A DNA stretch of 64,000 nt from Stegostoma tigrinum (lineage: Eukaryota): positions 3,038,001 to 3,102,000 of the forward strand of contig NC_081396.1 in assembly GCF_030684315.1 (NCBI RefSeq), given 5' to 3'. Under the pieces are notes generated by a model. That model ran no database searches. It saw only the letters and a program-made list of their open reading frames with translations, and had not been told where the DNA came from. The translations under genes were made by a program, and so were the position numbers. Below, in pieces: positions 61,851 to 64,000 of the stretch (position 1 is the first letter of the stretch; each line of letters starts with the position of its first letter).

Positions 61851-64000
61851 GCATTTCAGATCAATATCTGCTTTTTAAATACAAATAGAGACAGCTAGTA
61901 ATGACTCGTGTGTTCCGAAGACAACCTCAAAAAAGATCCTTGAAGCTCACATGATAATTAAATAACATGGTTAAGGCAGAATTATGCATTATTACCAAAG
62001 GATAAGCACTCAAAAAGCTTGCAGTGAAGTCCCAGAGTCGGGATTTCCATTTCTGTCATGATAGCTTCAACTAGTTAAGAAACTGAAATGAAATGCCAGC
62101 GTAATTAGTGATAATCATGCACTTACCAAGTTTTGGATAATTCCACATGGTTCAGTATTATCCTTACGTGGAGGAGGTCTGCCCTTTCTACCTGACCTGG
62201 CCCACATATTCAACAATGAGGCGCTTGTTCCTTTACTTCCCTGAACCTGACTAAGAAGCCAATCTATTGCATGGAAGTTTCTTCAGAAAGATAAATCATA
62301 ATTAGTCGAGCAAGATGGCATTGTTTCAAAGCAGCCAGCGATGACCACATTCTTGGGATATGTAATTAATTTTACATATTTCAACCAATAATTCAAAAAA
62401 AGTGCAAAGTGTGGTGCAGAATGGAAATCTGAAACAAACCAGAATAGAAATGCTGGAAACACGCAGCAGGTGAGTCAAGTTCTGCCGAGAGAATCAGATA
62501 CAGTTTTTAGACCGATTATTGGATGCAAAGTCTCCTGTGATTTGGTTTTAAGCAGAGAGAGAATTCTCACCTGTTGTGCACTCCAATATTTAGGTATGAC
62601 TTAAACTGTCAGATTTAGTGCATTTTTTTCTTGTCACAGCTTTCTGTGCATGGCTACTGCATTTCCAACATCAGGATCGCAGTGGAAGTATCATTGGGCC
62701 AGGACTTCTAAACTCCAGTTTCATGTTTATTTAGACAGGGGTTGGAATCCCACTTCTGCCATTGGTGAAATCGGAATTAAAAGAAAACCTGGAATGGAAA
62801 ATCAGGTCTACTGGAGAGGTGTAACCAAAGCCAATTGAAAATGAAAAGCCAGCTGGTTCGCTTACGTCCAACAGAAAAGAAATCTGTAAACCTTATTAGA
62901 TCTGAACTGCATGTGACTCCAGACCCTCAGTAATGTAATTGACTGCCGTCTGGAATGGCACTGACAACCTGCTCTATGGGCGATAGTGGATAATGAATCG
63001 TTGCTGGTTGAGCTGGCAACATTGGCATCCCATGAATGAATGAAATCAAATATAAGTTGACTAAACCTCACTAAACTACATCAATTAATTCCGACTGGTG
63101 CCCCAGTTCTTCGTATCATTTAAAGTATTTTATACGAAAATTCTAAAAATCACTTTGAGCTATGTTGAGCTCTTGGATATGTTCCAGTCTGAGTGGATTA
63201 GTGTATACATCCATAGGACGTTTAGAGTAAATCCAGTTGTACAGAAATGTTTCATTGACTGAGGCTACAGAATTTCCATGACTGAATTGTTATCCCAAAT
63301 TCAACTTTAAAATTATGCTTCTCTTTTGGAAATAAATATCATCTGCTGCAATTGATTTTCGGGAAATTTCTGTTCATTTCTGTCACCTGTCAACATTCTT
63401 AAAATAAACTTGCTTTGATTTGAAACGAAACAATAAAAAAACTTCATTCATCTGGCTTCGTCTGCATCAACGCTTCTATGAAACCAATGAAGCGTTTATG
63501 TAAATGAACACAGAAATATAACTCTCAGAATATATTATAGAACGACAAGTACACAATTTAAGGTTCTGACACAAGTCGTTGCAAAGATGCAAAAACGGAT
63601 TCCAATGTCAATTGATGTGAGGGCTTCTAAAATATAAGTTATATGATTACTTTCAGAGTGATATCAATTTTCACGTTTATCAAAGAAGAAAGCATTTCTA
63701 ATTGCAAGATATATTGGCACAAACAATGTTTCTGAATCTGTCTTGGTTTCACCCCTTTGTTTAAAAAAAATCTAATGCCATGTTTGGCCTCGCCAACATC
63801 GGAAATTGTTTTCCTCCAGAACATGAAGTCAACACCGAACTAACATATCCTCTCGTCCTAACAAATGCGCTCTTTCTAAAGAGATTTGAGCCAGTATAGC
63901 AAGGTTTTGTTGAAAATATGTCTGAGTATTCTGTGAGCTGGAACCCATGGTGTGGTCTTCGAACGGCATCTAACCTTGTAATGCATCGAGGCAACGAGGC

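Overview
Repeat-rich vertebrate genomic DNA, almost certainly from a shark (HE1-type V-SINEs, shark-type IgM exons, cluster-type IgH organisation). It has two assembly gaps (38153-38304, 45287-45441). The main feature is one complete minus-strand IgM heavy-chain cluster (36053->16951): leader, a VDJ exon already joined in the genomic DNA (no RSS, leader intron retained), CH1-CH4, secretory tail, TM1 and TM2. It is a pseudogene: stop codon at the J-segment Trp, frameshift in CH2, a 52-bp tandem duplication in CH3, a frameshift in the secretory tail, and two lost conserved Trp residues. A plus-strand tandem C2H2 zinc-finger gene (16 intact fingers, damaged 5' end) lies at 463-2277, and an orphan CpG/CCAAT promoter lies at ~9.3-9.6 kb. 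The rest is transposon-derived: CR1 and other LINEs, HE1 SINEs, a Penelope-like element, many Penelope-tail insertions carrying minimal hammerhead ribozyme motifs (several as fold-back palindromes with target-site duplications), an old LTR retrovirus relic with a tRNA-Ser PBS and class III (ERV-L/S-like) gag motifs, and a solo LTR. All family assignments come from motif recognition; no database searches were run.
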